DNA of 64,000 bases from positions 64,001 through 128,000 of the IMG/VR virus record IMGVR_UViG_3300032287_002972; one strand, written 5' to 3'. This DNA comes from a virus. The notes below the pieces were generated by a model that saw only the letters and a program-made list of their open reading frames with translations, was not told the DNA's origin and made no database searches. Of the stretch, positions 10,096-20,411 are shown piece by piece. Position numbers and translations under genes: made by a program. The stretch's first letter is position 1, and each line of letters begins with the position of its first letter.

Positions 10096-10899
10096 ATGAT
10101 ACTTAAAATCGGTTCAAAAGGGGAAGAAGTAAAAAAACTTCAATTAAAATTATCTTTAAATCCTGATGGTAACTTTGGTCCCGCGACTGAAACTGCCGTA
10201 AAAAAATGGCAATCAGAAAATGGATTTACATCAAATGGTATTATAACTCAAGTTATGTGGGAAAAAATGTTTAGTGTTATCTCTGAACAAAAAACTTCAT
10301 TAGATTTAGATAAATTAAAAGGACATATACCCATTTCTGTTTTAAAACAAATTCCTGATACAATAAAAAATTTTGGTTTAAATACACCATTACGACTTGC
10401 ACATTTTTTAGCACAATGCGCGCATGAAAGTGGTGGTTTTAATGCTGTTCAAGAAAATTTAAATTATAGTGCAGATGGTCTTATGGATATATTTAAAAGA
10501 TATTTTCCAACAAAACAACTAGCAGAACAGTACCAAAGAAAACCTGTTTTAATTGCATCGAAAGTTTATGGTAATAGAATGGGTAATGGTAATGAATCAA
10601 CAAAAGAAGGGTATAAATTTAGAGGGAGAGGATATATCCAATTAACAGGAAAAGAAAATTATACTGCGTTTGGTAATGTAATAAATGAAGATATTGTTAA
10701 TAACCCTGATAAAGTTGCAACACATTATCCTTTATTGTCTGCTGCATGGTTTTTCACAAAAAATGGTTTACATAAAATAGCAGATAGAGGTGCAACAATA
10801 CAAAACATTACATTAATATCTAAAAGAGTTAATGGGGGTACGATAGGTTTAGAAGATAGAATAAAATACTTTAATAAGTTTTATGGTTTATTAAAATAA
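10096..10899 (+). CDS. Endolysin: peptidoglycan-binding domain plus GH19 domain
   Basis: LKIGSKGEEVKKLQ..DGNFGPATETAVKKWQ; AHFLAQCAHESGGF, FRGRGYIQLTGKENY, VNGGTIGLEDR. Confidence 0.92.
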   Translation: MILKIGSKGEEVKKLQLKLSLNPDGNFGPATETAVKKWQSENGFTSNGIITQVMWEKMFSVISEQKTSLDLDKLKGHIPISVLKQIPDTIKNFGLNTPLRLAHFLAQCAHESGGFNAVQENLNYSADGLMDIFKRYFPTKQLAEQYQRKPVLIASKVYGNRMGNGNESTKEGYKFRGRGYIQLTGKENYTAFGNVINEDIVNNPDKVATHYPLLSAAWFFTKNGLHKIADRGATIQNITLISKRVNGGTIGLEDRIKYFNKFYGLLK

Positions 10900-10909
10900 A
10901 AAAAGGAGG

Positions 10910-12547
10910 TTAATACCTCCTTTTAAATTCATTAATATCTGTTTCTGGTTTATTTTTAAGTGTTTTTACATCTGGTTTTGGTTCGTTTCCGTCTTCATAC
11001 ATATTTGGATTATCAGATAATAACTTTAAAAAACCATTTCTTGACATAAAATATGTTTTTTTTGGGTTTCTTTCGATTGCATCATATATTCCATAAAATG
11101 TCCCTTCGTTAATAATTTTATTTATAGTATACTCTTCAACAATATACGTTTTTTTAACATCATTTTCGGTATGGAAATATCTTCTAATTTCTCTACTATT
11201 ATAGATAGGTTCATAAACTATATTATCTTTTTCTAAAAATTCACCTTTTTGATAATCAAAAATCCCATATAGGTCTCTTGATCTACTTTTTATTATTTTT
11301 ATTAATGGATTTTTTATACTTAGTTTACTTACTTCGTATTTTTCCCCTAATAACCTATTCATAATTGCTGTGACACCTTCATTAAAACCTAATTGTGTTA
11401 ATTTAGTATCTAAAAGTTTAAATTGAGGTTTATCCTTACGTATTTCTGATAAAAAATCGAAATTACTAAATTTATCATATACATTATCTCTTGTTGTGAC
11501 ATTAATGTACGCATTTTTTAGTGTAGTATCTAATGATAACCAAGATTCTGGTTTAGTAAGAACATTTCCAAGGTCAATATATGATTTTTTATGTTTTCTT
11601 GACTGTCTTTTAAAATCAAAACGACTTGAACTATTTTCCACCATTTGACCTACTATAGTTTTTACTTCAACTTCCTCTTCTGAGTACTCTCTTTGAACAA
11701 TTAAATCTTTATGTTCAGTTAATTTTGGATAAATTTTACTGATTTCTTCCCACGTAAATGGTGTGTCATTATCATTTTTAACAGATGTTAAACGATAATT
11801 TTTATCAGTATCTTTAGCACTTTGTAATGCACCTAAATAATATTTATTTTTTTCTGGATCTTTTTCTATTTCCGGATTTTTTGATTCATCAATAACGAAA
11901 TAAAAAGTACGATCAGGTCTATATCGTCCCCACATATTGGTTCTATCTCCAGTCCATGTAACACACCATGAATGAGACCCACCTAAATCTTTACCTACTT
12001 TATGAGAATAATAACCAAATCTAATTGAAGTTGCCTGATTAGGTATATCGTAAACTCTAAAATCTCCATCATCAATTATTAAATATTTTTCACCAAACCA
12101 TAATTTTTTTGATGCGTTAACTATCTCATCATTTAGTGTATTTTTTTTTGTTGATATATTATCTTCATCTGGAACATCTAAATCAACATCAGAATATTGT
12201 TCAAGTAAAAAAGTTATTTGATCGTAATCATACTTTTTAATGTCTTTTAAATCATTTTGGTTAAATAATTTATGCCCATGATTACCGTCATATCTATTTA
12301 AAAAAGAAAATACTTGAGGTTGGTTAGCAGCTAAATTACCTTTTACATTATTAAAATCGGTAATGATTTTATCGATGACATTATTTCTTTCTTCGTCAGT
12401 TAAATTAAGAGTTTCATTTTTCCATTTTTCAGATAAAGTTTTAACTAATGCTTTATTTTTTATCTCTTCGGATAATAGATTTCTGATATTAATTTTTTTA
12501 ATCAATTCTTTTAATTGACTTTCATTAATTACAATTTTATTACTCAC
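10910..12547 (-). CDS. Large putative virion protein (INESQLKELI leader)
   Basis: Shared leader; SWCVT..MWGRY..FYFVID motif. Confidence 0.65.
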   Translation of the reverse strand: MSNKIVINESQLKELIKKINIRNLLSEEIKNKALVKTLSEKWKNETLNLTDEERNNVIDKIITDFNNVKGNLAANQPQVFSFLNRYDGNHGHKLFNQNDLKDIKKYDYDQITFLLEQYSDVDLDVPDEDNISTKKNTLNDEIVNASKKLWFGEKYLIIDDGDFRVYDIPNQATSIRFGYYSHKVGKDLGGSHSWCVTWTGDRTNMWGRYRPDRTFYFVIDESKNPEIEKDPEKNKYYLGALQSAKDTDKNYRLTSVKNDNDTPFTWEEISKIYPKLTEHKDLIVQREYSEEEVEVKTIVGQMVENSSSRFDFKRQSRKHKKSYIDLGNVLTKPESWLSLDTTLKNAYINVTTRDNVYDKFSNFDFLSEIRKDKPQFKLLDTKLTQLGFNEGVTAIMNRLLGEKYEVSKLSIKNPLIKIIKSRSRDLYGIFDYQKGEFLEKDNIVYEPIYNSREIRRYFHTENDVKKTYIVEEYTINKIINEGTFYGIYDAIERNPKKTYFMSRNGFLKLLSDNPNMYEDGNEPKPDVKTLKNKPETDINEFKRRY

Positions 12548-12631
12548 TTTTCTTTTATTTTATAAATATTTTATTTTTATTCAAAGTTAATGATTTTAAT
12601 CAATACTTATAAATATCCAAAAATTACATTT

Positions 12632-12994
12632 ATGGTCTCATTATTATTGATAATAAAAAATAATCAGTTTCTTTTATTTAAAAGACCGAGTGGTCAATAT
12701 GGTTTATGTGGTGGTCATTCAGAAAATAACGAAACACCTGTTGAAACATTAGTTAGAGAGGTTAAAGAAGAAATTGGTATGGATATTTATAATTTTAAAT
12801 CTCTTAAAAGATATGAAATAGATAAAATCATCAATGTGTTTTATATTGTTGACGATAGATTTAATGAACAAAATATAAAATTAAATGACGAACATACAGA
12901 ATGGAGATACTTTACATATTATGAAATATTGAATAATAGAGATATTATGTCTACAACAAAAGATTTTGTAAATATGTTTTTAAAAACATTATAA
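12632..12994 (+). CDS. NUDIX hydrolase
   Basis: GGHSENNETPVETLVREVKEEIG Nudix box; ATG at 12632 preferred. Confidence 0.9.
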   Translation: MVSLLLIIKNNQFLLFKRPSGQYGLCGGHSENNETPVETLVREVKEEIGMDIYNFKSLKRYEIDKIINVFYIVDDRFNEQNIKLNDEHTEWRYFTYYEILNNRDIMSTTKDFVNMFLKTL

Positions 12995-13014
12995 TATTTA
13001 TAAATAAAAAGACT

Positions 13015-13425
13015 ATGGTAAATTATAAAATTGAAGTTATCGAAGGAATCGATACTGTTACCACTGAAAAATTAAAAAATATAGGTATTATCACGTTTGA
13101 ATTATTGTTAGAAAATACAAAGACAAAAAATCAAAGGAAAGAATTGTCCGAAAAAACCGAAATTGACGAAAGTTTAATTTTAAGATTTTCTAATATGGTC
13201 GATTTATCTAGAATATGTGGTATTGGTGAAAAATATTCAGAACTTTTGGAATTATCTGGTGTTGACACTATTGTTGAACTATCTCAAAGAGATCCTGATA
13301 ACTTATTTATTAAAATATCAGAAGTTAACGAGGAAAAAGATTTAACTCGAAAACTTCCGACATTATCACAAGTAGAAAAATGGATTTCAGATGCAAAGGT
13401 GTTACCAAGAATGTTAGAATATTAA
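13015..13425 (+). CDS. DUF4332-like helix-hairpin-helix protein
   Basis: IEGI...L...GI, DLSRICGIGEKYSELLELSGVDTIVELSQRDPDNL. Confidence 0.8.
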   Translation: MVNYKIEVIEGIDTVTTEKLKNIGIITFELLLENTKTKNQRKELSEKTEIDESLILRFSNMVDLSRICGIGEKYSELLELSGVDTIVELSQRDPDNLFIKISEVNEEKDLTRKLPTLSQVEKWISDAKVLPRMLEY

Positions 13426-13967
13426 ATTTCTTCATCTTGTTGTACTTCCTGATGTTGTTGTTCAAGTCTTTTAACCATACCTTTTGTTAGTGAATTATAT
13501 ATTTCTTCACCAAACCTTTCCATGATATCATTTTCTTCTCTTAAATCAATAAATTCACCACCTGCTAAAAATCCAAGGACAGTTCCTAAATTGATTGTTT
13601 TCCATGATTGTTGGGTAGCCTTTGATTTTGCACTATCTCTTTCAGCGACTCTAACTCGTAAAGTTTTAAGTGTTTTACGATATAATATCAAATCAATTAC
13701 TCTTACAACATTATTATTTTGTTGTAAATTCATTTGCGCATCTGTTTTAGGTCTTTCACTTGGTACATAAGATTTAAGATGACTTTTAAATGTCAGATGA
13801 CGAACTTCTCCATTTTTTAAAACGTACGCAACACTTACTATTTGATTTCTATCTATTGCGTTTCTCAATTTATCTAATGACCTATACATGTCATATGTGA
13901 ATGGTGATTCTTTTAAGTTGTTTTTTATTAACTTTTTTAATTGTGATTCTGTAATTATAATTTTCAT
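13422..13967 (-). CDS. WYL/SH3-like beta-barrel protein with ITESQ leader
   Basis: VSVAYVLKNGEVR...WKTINL; leader MKIIITESQLKKL. Confidence 0.5.
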   Translation of the reverse strand: MKIIITESQLKKLIKNNLKESPFTYDMYRSLDKLRNAIDRNQIVSVAYVLKNGEVRHLTFKSHLKSYVPSERPKTDAQMNLQQNNNVVRVIDLILYRKTLKTLRVRVAERDSAKSKATQQSWKTINLGTVLGFLAGGEFIDLREENDIMERFGEEIYNSLTKGMVKRLEQQHQEVQQDEEI

Positions 13968-14902
13968 TTTATTATTTGTTTTATTCTATTTATTTCATTT
14001 AACGTTTTTTGGTAGTTGTCTGGTATTTTTTTTACACCGAAATCATTAAATATTATTACTCTATTTATTAATTCATAATCAATACCCTGTTGTAATAATG
14101 TTTTCTTTAATGATTCTCTATTCTGTGAAAATTTAAATAGAAATACAATATCTTGATATTCTAATTTTTCACCTTTTGATTTAATAATTTTTATTGCTAT
14201 ATTATTTGTTTCTTTTGAAGAAGCGAGTAATAGATATATACCCCAATTATTTAATTCAATACCTTGTGTTTCAATAATTTTTGTTGCAATTTCATCTTTA
14301 ATATAATCATCTTGTGAAATATTAAGTAAATTTTTAATATCCTCAGTATCTAATTTTTTACCTTTTACTTCGATAATTTTTTTTGCAATGTTATACTTAG
14401 TTTTTGTAGAATTAAGTATTATTTCTATGTCATATTTATCTAATTCTTCACGTTTTTTTTCTATATATTTTATTGTAATTTCATCTGAATAAGGAATTAA
14501 TTTATATGTATCATAATCAGTTAATCCATCACCTTTTGCGTTAATAATTTTAGATACAATATCATCTTTATTATCTGAATATTCAAGTAAAAACTCTATA
14601 TCATATTCACCCAATTCTTCATCTATTATATATATGACTTTTGATATATAATAATCTTTATTTTTTGAAAATTGGTACAGATATTCTAAATCATCACTAA
14701 GTAAACCTTCAGTACCATTTGTTTCTATAAATTTTATTTTTTCATCGTCACTTAACATTTTAAATTCCCATCTTTCATATCCTGCAACACCTCTCATTCT
14801 TTTATAAGATTTCTTTAATGATGGAGATAAACGATCATATTGTTTTTCCGGTATTCGTGATCCTGTATTTACATATCTATTTAATACTTCAGAATGTTTC
14901 AT
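13964..14902 (-). CDS. Helical-repeat protein, paralog 5 of 5
   Basis: MKHSEVL N-terminus, KIIE.KG..L repeats, C-terminal LNEINRIKQII. Confidence 0.8.
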   Translation of the reverse strand: MKHSEVLNRYVNTGSRIPEKQYDRLSPSLKKSYKRMRGVAGYERWEFKMLSDDEKIKFIETNGTEGLLSDDLEYLYQFSKNKDYYISKVIYIIDEELGEYDIEFLLEYSDNKDDIVSKIINAKGDGLTDYDTYKLIPYSDEITIKYIEKKREELDKYDIEIILNSTKTKYNIAKKIIEVKGKKLDTEDIKNLLNISQDDYIKDEIATKIIETQGIELNNWGIYLLLASSKETNNIAIKIIKSKGEKLEYQDIVFLFKFSQNRESLKKTLLQQGIDYELINRVIIFNDFGVKKIPDNYQKTLNEINRIKQIIK

Positions 14903-15786
14903 CTCATTATTTCTTTTATTCTCCTTATTTCATTTAACATTTCTTGATAATTATCTGGTATTAATGGTGTAAATTGGGTATTTATTTCATTTGAAATATC
15001 AGATATTACTTTATTTATTAATTTATAATCAACACCATTTTGTAATAATAATTTTTTTATTAATTCTTTTTTTTCTGGGTAAAAAGTAAACTGCATAGAA
15101 TTAAATAATGCAAATATATCATCACCATTTAATTCTTTACCTTTTGTATAAATAATTTTTTCGGACATTTCATAACGTTCATTAGATGATAAATATATAA
15201 TTAAATTTTCGATATCTAGACTATTTAATTGTATACCTTTTGTCTCAATAATTTTTCTTGCAATATCAGCTTTATTAACTGAAAACAACATCATAAGTTT
15301 TAATTTTTCACTATCTAATTTTTCACCAAATGTTTCAATAATTTTTATCGCAATATTATCTATATTAAAATATTTTTTAGTCATTAAACTTCTTACCTCA
15401 GAATCATCTAATTTTTCACCTTTTACTTCAATAATTTTTGTTGCGATATCATCTTTATTCTCTGAATAACCAAGTAAATTATATATGTTACCAAATACTA
15501 ATTTTTCACCAAATGTTTCAATAATTTTTGTTGCAATAAGATCTATATCATTTGAATATTTAAATAAATCTTGAATATCGTAATGACTTAATTTTACGCC
15601 TTTTATTTCAATATAGTTAATTCTTTGATTATCACTTATAAATTCATATTCCCAATCTTTAAAACCAGCAACACTTCTTATTCTAATATAAGACTTTTTT
15701 AATACTGGTGTTAAACGATCATATTGTTCTTTTGATAGGTGTTTTCCATTATTTACATACCTACTTAATACTTCTGAATGTTTCAT
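14899..15786 (-). CDS. Helical-repeat protein, paralog 4 of 5
   Basis: Same N-terminus, repeats and C-terminal tag. Confidence 0.8.
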   Translation of the reverse strand: MKHSEVLSRYVNNGKHLSKEQYDRLTPVLKKSYIRIRSVAGFKDWEYEFISDNQRINYIEIKGVKLSHYDIQDLFKYSNDIDLIATKIIETFGEKLVFGNIYNLLGYSENKDDIATKIIEVKGEKLDDSEVRSLMTKKYFNIDNIAIKIIETFGEKLDSEKLKLMMLFSVNKADIARKIIETKGIQLNSLDIENLIIYLSSNERYEMSEKIIYTKGKELNGDDIFALFNSMQFTFYPEKKELIKKLLLQNGVDYKLINKVISDISNEINTQFTPLIPDNYQEMLNEIRRIKEIMR

Positions 15787-16739
15787 ATCATTATTTCTTT
15801 AATCCTTCTTATCTCATTTAACATTGATTGGTAATCATCTGGTATTAATGGAATATTTAAATGAAAATTTTTGTTATACCCATTTATAACATCATTTATT
15901 AATATATAATCAACATTATTTTGTAATAATGTTTTCTTTATTAATTCTTTATTTTCTGAACGTTTAAGTAAAATAAAGATTTCCTTTACATCTAATTTTT
16001 GACCTTTTGTTTCTATAATTTTTATTGCAATCTTATCTTTATCCTTTGATTCATTAATTAGGGTTCTTACATCCCTTATATCTAATTTATCACCTTTTGT
16101 TTCAATAATTTTTATTGTAATGTTATCATTTACGTTATCTGAAAAATTAAGTAAACTTTCTATGTCACTAGAGATTAATTTTTCACCTTTTGTTTCAATA
16201 ATTTTTATTGAAATATGGTCATTTACGTTTTCAAAATCTTTTAATATGTATTCTATACTAATGTAATCTAATTTATCACCTTTTGTTTCAATAATTTTTG
16301 TTGCAATATCATCTTTATTAACTGAATATTTTAATAGTAATACTATAATGTAATTATTTAAAGAATCACTTTTTGTTTGAATAATTTTTGTTATAATACC
16401 ATCTTTATTCGTTGAATGATTAATTAAACTATTAATAATTAAATTATTTAAATTATCACCCATCCCGTCAATAATTCTCATTATAATATTATTTTTATTA
16501 TCTGAATATTTAATTAAATTATCAATAAAATAACTGTTTAAATAGATACCTTCTCTCTCAATATAATTAATTCTTTGATTATCATTTATATATTTTAATT
16601 CCCAATGAGAATAATCACCCACAACAGATCTGATTCTAATATAAGATTTCTTTAATGATGGAGATAAACTATCATATTGTTTTTCTGTTATTTCTACGCC
16701 AGTATTTACATATCTACTTAATACTTCTGAATGTTTCAT
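15783..16739 (-). CDS. Helical-repeat protein, paralog 3 of 5
   Basis: Same N-terminus, repeats and C-terminal tag. Confidence 0.8.
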   Translation of the reverse strand: MKHSEVLSRYVNTGVEITEKQYDSLSPSLKKSYIRIRSVVGDYSHWELKYINDNQRINYIEREGIYLNSYFIDNLIKYSDNKNNIIMRIIDGMGDNLNNLIINSLINHSTNKDGIITKIIQTKSDSLNNYIIVLLLKYSVNKDDIATKIIETKGDKLDYISIEYILKDFENVNDHISIKIIETKGEKLISSDIESLLNFSDNVNDNITIKIIETKGDKLDIRDVRTLINESKDKDKIAIKIIETKGQKLDVKEIFILLKRSENKELIKKTLLQNNVDYILINDVINGYNKNFHLNIPLIPDDYQSMLNEIRRIKEIMI

Positions 16740-17590
16740 ATCATTATTTGTTTTATTCTCCTTATTTCGTTTAACATTGATTGGTAATTATCTGGTATTA
16801 ATGAGATATCTAAATTATTACGTGTTATAACTTTGTTTATTAACATATAATCAACACCATTTTGTAATAATGTTTTCTTTATTAATTCTTTATCTTTTGA
16901 ATATAAAAGTAAATAATATATGTCATCACTATCCAAATTTTCACCTACTTTTTGAATAATTTTTACGGCGTCATTATCTTTATTTTTTGAATTTAAAAGT
17001 AAAATAGATATCATATCATAGTTTAATTTTATACCTTCTGTTTCAATAATTTTTGTTGATATGTCTTTATTATCTGAAAATTCAAATATTGTATTTATGT
17101 TACTTATTTCCAAGTATTTACCTTTTGCATGAATAATTTTTATTGCTATCTCATCTTTATTATCTGAATTTTTAAGTAGATATTTTATTTCACTATTTCT
17201 TAAATTTTCACCTAATGTTTCGATAATTTTTATTATAACATTATCTTTATTTTTTGAATCTTTAAATTGTGGTAATATTATTTCAAGTATGATATAATCA
17301 TCCAAATTTATACCGAATGTTTCAATAATTTTTGTTGCAATAATAACTTTATTTGGTGAATAGTCAAATATATCTATTATTTGATTATTTGTTAATTCCC
17401 AATTTTTTATTTCAATAAATTTAAGTTTTTCATCTTCACTTAACAGTTTAAATTCCCATTTTTTGTAACCTGAAATACCTCTCATTCTCATATAAGATTT
17501 TTTCAATGATGGTGATAAACGGTCATATTGGTTTTCTGGGATTAGTGAACCTGTATTTACATATCTATTTAATACTTCTGAATGTTTCAT
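16736..17590 (-). CDS. Helical-repeat protein, paralog 2 of 5
   Basis: Same N-terminus, repeats and C-terminal tag. Confidence 0.8.
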   Translation of the reverse strand: MKHSEVLNRYVNTGSLIPENQYDRLSPSLKKSYMRMRGISGYKKWEFKLLSEDEKLKFIEIKNWELTNNQIIDIFDYSPNKVIIATKIIETFGINLDDYIILEIILPQFKDSKNKDNVIIKIIETLGENLRNSEIKYLLKNSDNKDEIAIKIIHAKGKYLEISNINTIFEFSDNKDISTKIIETEGIKLNYDMISILLLNSKNKDNDAVKIIQKVGENLDSDDIYYLLLYSKDKELIKKTLLQNGVDYMLINKVITRNNLDISLIPDNYQSMLNEIRRIKQIMI

Positions 17591-18375
17591 ATCATTATTT
17601 CTTTAATCCTTCTTATTTCTTGTAACATTGATTGGTAATTATCAGGTATTAATTCAATATGACTTACACCATCTTTTTCAAAATTATACTGGTTTATTAC
17701 TTTATTTATTAATTCATAATCAATACCTTTTTGTAATAATAATTTCTTTATTAATTCTTTATTTTCCGGATAAATAAATAAGTATTTTATGTTATGTTTA
17801 TTAAAATATTGTTTATCAATTAATTGAATAATTTTTATAGCCATATCATCTGCATTTTGTGAATGTCTAATAAAAAAAATTATTTTTTCTTCGTCCATAT
17901 CTACCATTTTTTTATTATTTTCAATAATTTTAGATATAAGATTTTCTTTATTAATTGAATTAGGAACATAATTAATTAGAGTACTAATCATATCATCATC
18001 TATCTCATCCAACGTTTCAATAATCCTTATTGAGATTTCATATTTATTATTTGAATTATTAAGTAATAAACTAGCTTCATTATAAGTTAAAGTCTTACCT
18101 TTTTTTTCAAATATTTTAGATATCATATCATCTTTATTATCTGAATATTGAAGTGTGTATTTTATTTCATAGAATTCTAAATCCTCACCTTTATTTTCGA
18201 TAAAATTAATTCTTTGATTATCATTTATTACTTGAAATTCCCAACTTTCATATCCTGCAACACCTCTCGTTCTAAGATAGGATTTTTTTAACACAGGTGT
18301 TAACCTGTCATATTGTTCTTTTGGTAATCGTTCTCCGGTATTTACATATCTACTTAATACTTCTGAATGTTTCAT
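17587..18375 (-). CDS. Helical-repeat protein, paralog 1 of 5
   Basis: Same N-terminus, repeats and C-terminal tag. Confidence 0.8.
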   Translation of the reverse strand: MKHSEVLSRYVNTGERLPKEQYDRLTPVLKKSYLRTRGVAGYESWEFQVINDNQRINFIENKGEDLEFYEIKYTLQYSDNKDDMISKIFEKKGKTLTYNEASLLLNNSNNKYEISIRIIETLDEIDDDMISTLINYVPNSINKENLISKIIENNKKMVDMDEEKIIFFIRHSQNADDMAIKIIQLIDKQYFNKHNIKYLFIYPENKELIKKLLLQKGIDYELINKVINQYNFEKDGVSHIELIPDNYQSMLQEIRRIKEIMI

Positions 18376-18380
18376 ATATT

Positions 18381-18773
18381 TTAAAAATTTCTCCCCCCTG
18401 TTTTTGGGTTAGTTGGTGTTTTTTCTATTTTTGGTTTATTTTCTGTTGTTCTCGGACTAAAATTTACATTATTTGGAACATCATTAAAACTATTGTTATT
18501 TCTTATTGGATTATAAAATATATCATCATAATGATATAATGTATATGGTATTTCATCAATAAATCTATAACGATACGGAAACCTTCTTGATGTATAATAA
18601 AAATCATCATACATAGATTGATTAACATTATTTGTTGGTCTATAATTTGGTGTGTATTTTAATCGTTTAACCTTTTCATGTTTAACAGTATCGGTAACAA
18701 CATAATAGACATCATCTTGTGATTTTAATGTGGAAACAAAAAAAATTAGGAAAAGAAGAAAAATATTTCTCAT
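18381..18773 (-). CDS. Secreted/periplasmic protein
   Basis: Signal peptide MRNIFLLFLIFFVSTLKS-Q (Bacteroidota-like +1 Gln), QDDVYY. Confidence 0.6.
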   Translation of the reverse strand: MRNIFLLFLIFFVSTLKSQDDVYYVVTDTVKHEKVKRLKYTPNYRPTNNVNQSMYDDFYYTSRRFPYRYRFIDEIPYTLYHYDDIFYNPIRNNNSFNDVPNNVNFSPRTTENKPKIEKTPTNPKTGGRNF

Positions 18774-18828
18774 GGTTTAAACATTTATTATAAATATTTG
18801 TTATTAAGTATTTATCATATAAACCCCA

Positions 18829-19404
18829 ATGAAAAGAACGGTTATTATTAATGAACAACAATTTACAAAACTAATTAAAAAAATTTTAAACGAACAAAAT
18901 AATATGGATAATAACACATTTCCGAAAAATCACAAAGAATTGATTAACATGATGCCTGATTCATTAAAAATTCTTTTTTATACTCAATGGCAAGCAAAAC
19001 AAAACCCGAAGTGGCACATGGAAGGTAATACGTTAAAACATATTATTATTGTTTTAAAAAGAGCGTTTGAACGTTATCCAAACAATCCTGACATCATTCT
19101 TGCGGCGTTATTTCATGACTTGGGAAAGTTAGACACTTACGCAATAAATCCAAAAACAGGACAACCAACGGCATACGGTCACGAAGTTAAATCAGGTGAA
19201 TATTTGGAAAAATATAAAGATTGGGTTAATTCTTTTGATGGAGTAAATTTTGATAAAATCAAATATTTGGTATTAAACCATATGGTTATTAAACCATCAA
19301 CATGGGATAATATGAGGCAACAAAAAAAGGACCCTATTGAACAGAATCCTTCTTTTGAAGATTTAAAAAATTTTACCAACCATTTAGATGGTGGTGGTTA
19401 TTAA
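18829..19404 (+). CDS. HD-domain phosphohydrolase with INEQQF leader
   Basis: WHMEGNTLKH, AALFHDLGK, GHE, NHM. Confidence 0.8.
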   Translation: MKRTVIINEQQFTKLIKKILNEQNNMDNNTFPKNHKELINMMPDSLKILFYTQWQAKQNPKWHMEGNTLKHIIIVLKRAFERYPNNPDIILAALFHDLGKLDTYAINPKTGQPTAYGHEVKSGEYLEKYKDWVNSFDGVNFDKIKYLVLNHMVIKPSTWDNMRQQKKDPIEQNPSFEDLKNFTNHLDGGGY

Positions 19405-19408
19405 TATG

Positions 19409-19612
19409 TTATTTCATAACATTTAATTCGGTACCATGTTTTTTTATGATTGCGTCTCTCGCAATATCATACACAACATTTTTACCTCTTTGACTTGCTG
19501 GTAATTCAACCCATTCTGAACTTTCACGTTTTTTCGTGAAAATATTACCATTTTCATTGGCATACTCGAAAGATTCTTCTTTCGATTCATTTACTAATTC
19601 AAATAATTTCAT
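19409..19612 (-). CDS. Small protein with MKLFELVNE leader
   Basis: Leader class shared with 5509 and 22876. Confidence 0.55.
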   Translation of the reverse strand: MKLFELVNESKEESFEYANENGNIFTKKRESSEWVELPASQRGKNVVYDIARDAIIKKHGTELNVMK

Positions 19613-19632
19613 ATTGTTTCAATATTTGTTAA

Positions 19633-19938
19633 TTAAAATCCTGTATGATAATCATCATGGCTTTTATAGTCGGGATATCTATCTCCTGGATCATAAGGTT
19701 CTTCATCATCATCATCAAATTTATGACCAATATTATTATCATTATCAAATTCAGGATTTTCATCATCCGAACTAAAACCAAAAAATTTTTTAAAATCATT
19801 TTCCTCTGAATCATCTGGTTCATCCATAATTGGATCATCATAATTTTTTTGTTCGGTTAATGATTTTTTTGTGTTTCTATTCAAAAAAGAAATATTTGCC
19901 TCTTGAATATTTTTTAATTTTGCAAGTCTTTTATTCAT
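19633..19938 (-). CDS. Acidic, probably disordered protein
   Basis: KLKNIQEAN..LTE N-terminus then D/E-rich tail; late motif upstream. Confidence 0.6.
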   Translation of the reverse strand: MNKRLAKLKNIQEANISFLNRNTKKSLTEQKNYDDPIMDEPDDSEENDFKKFFGFSSDDENPEFDNDNNIGHKFDDDDEEPYDPGDRYPDYKSHDDYHTGF

Positions 19939-19964
19939 ATTTTTAATTTTATTTAATAAATATC

Positions 19965-20411
19965 TTATGATATATTTTCAAAATATAGTGGTTTTCTTGA
20001 AACCACAATTGTTGCCCCTATTTCATTCACATCATCAAGTAGTATTTCACTACCATCACCATATACTTTATATAAATAATCACCATACTTATATTTTGAT
20101 GACTGAAAAGATGATGACATTAATGGTTCATCTGATACAAAGGTAAAACCGAATCCCTCACTCTCAAACACCTCGTTCATCCCATCAATGTTTTCATCTT
20201 CAAGATTCTCATCATAATCAGATATAATGTCCATATAGGCATTTCTAATAACATCAGAATAATCTGATGAATCTAAAATATCCCCTTTATAATAACCATT
20301 TGACATGTCATTCCTTGATGAGTGATAACCTAAAAAGTTTTTATTATCTACATTCTCAATTATAACACCCATTATTTGTTTAATTCTATTAATATTTTCT
20401 TGTAGTTTCAT
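19965..20411 (-). CDS. Putative ADP-ribosyltransferase-fold protein with LQENINRIKQIMG leader
   Basis: GYHSS...GFTFVSD...YGDYLYKV; weak. Confidence 0.45.
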   Translation of the reverse strand: MKLQENINRIKQIMGVIIENVDNKNFLGYHSSRNDMSNGYYKGDILDSSDYSDVIRNAYMDIISDYDENLEDENIDGMNEVFESEGFGFTFVSDEPLMSSSFQSSKYKYGDYLYKVYGDGSEILLDDVNEIGATIVVSRKPLYFENIS

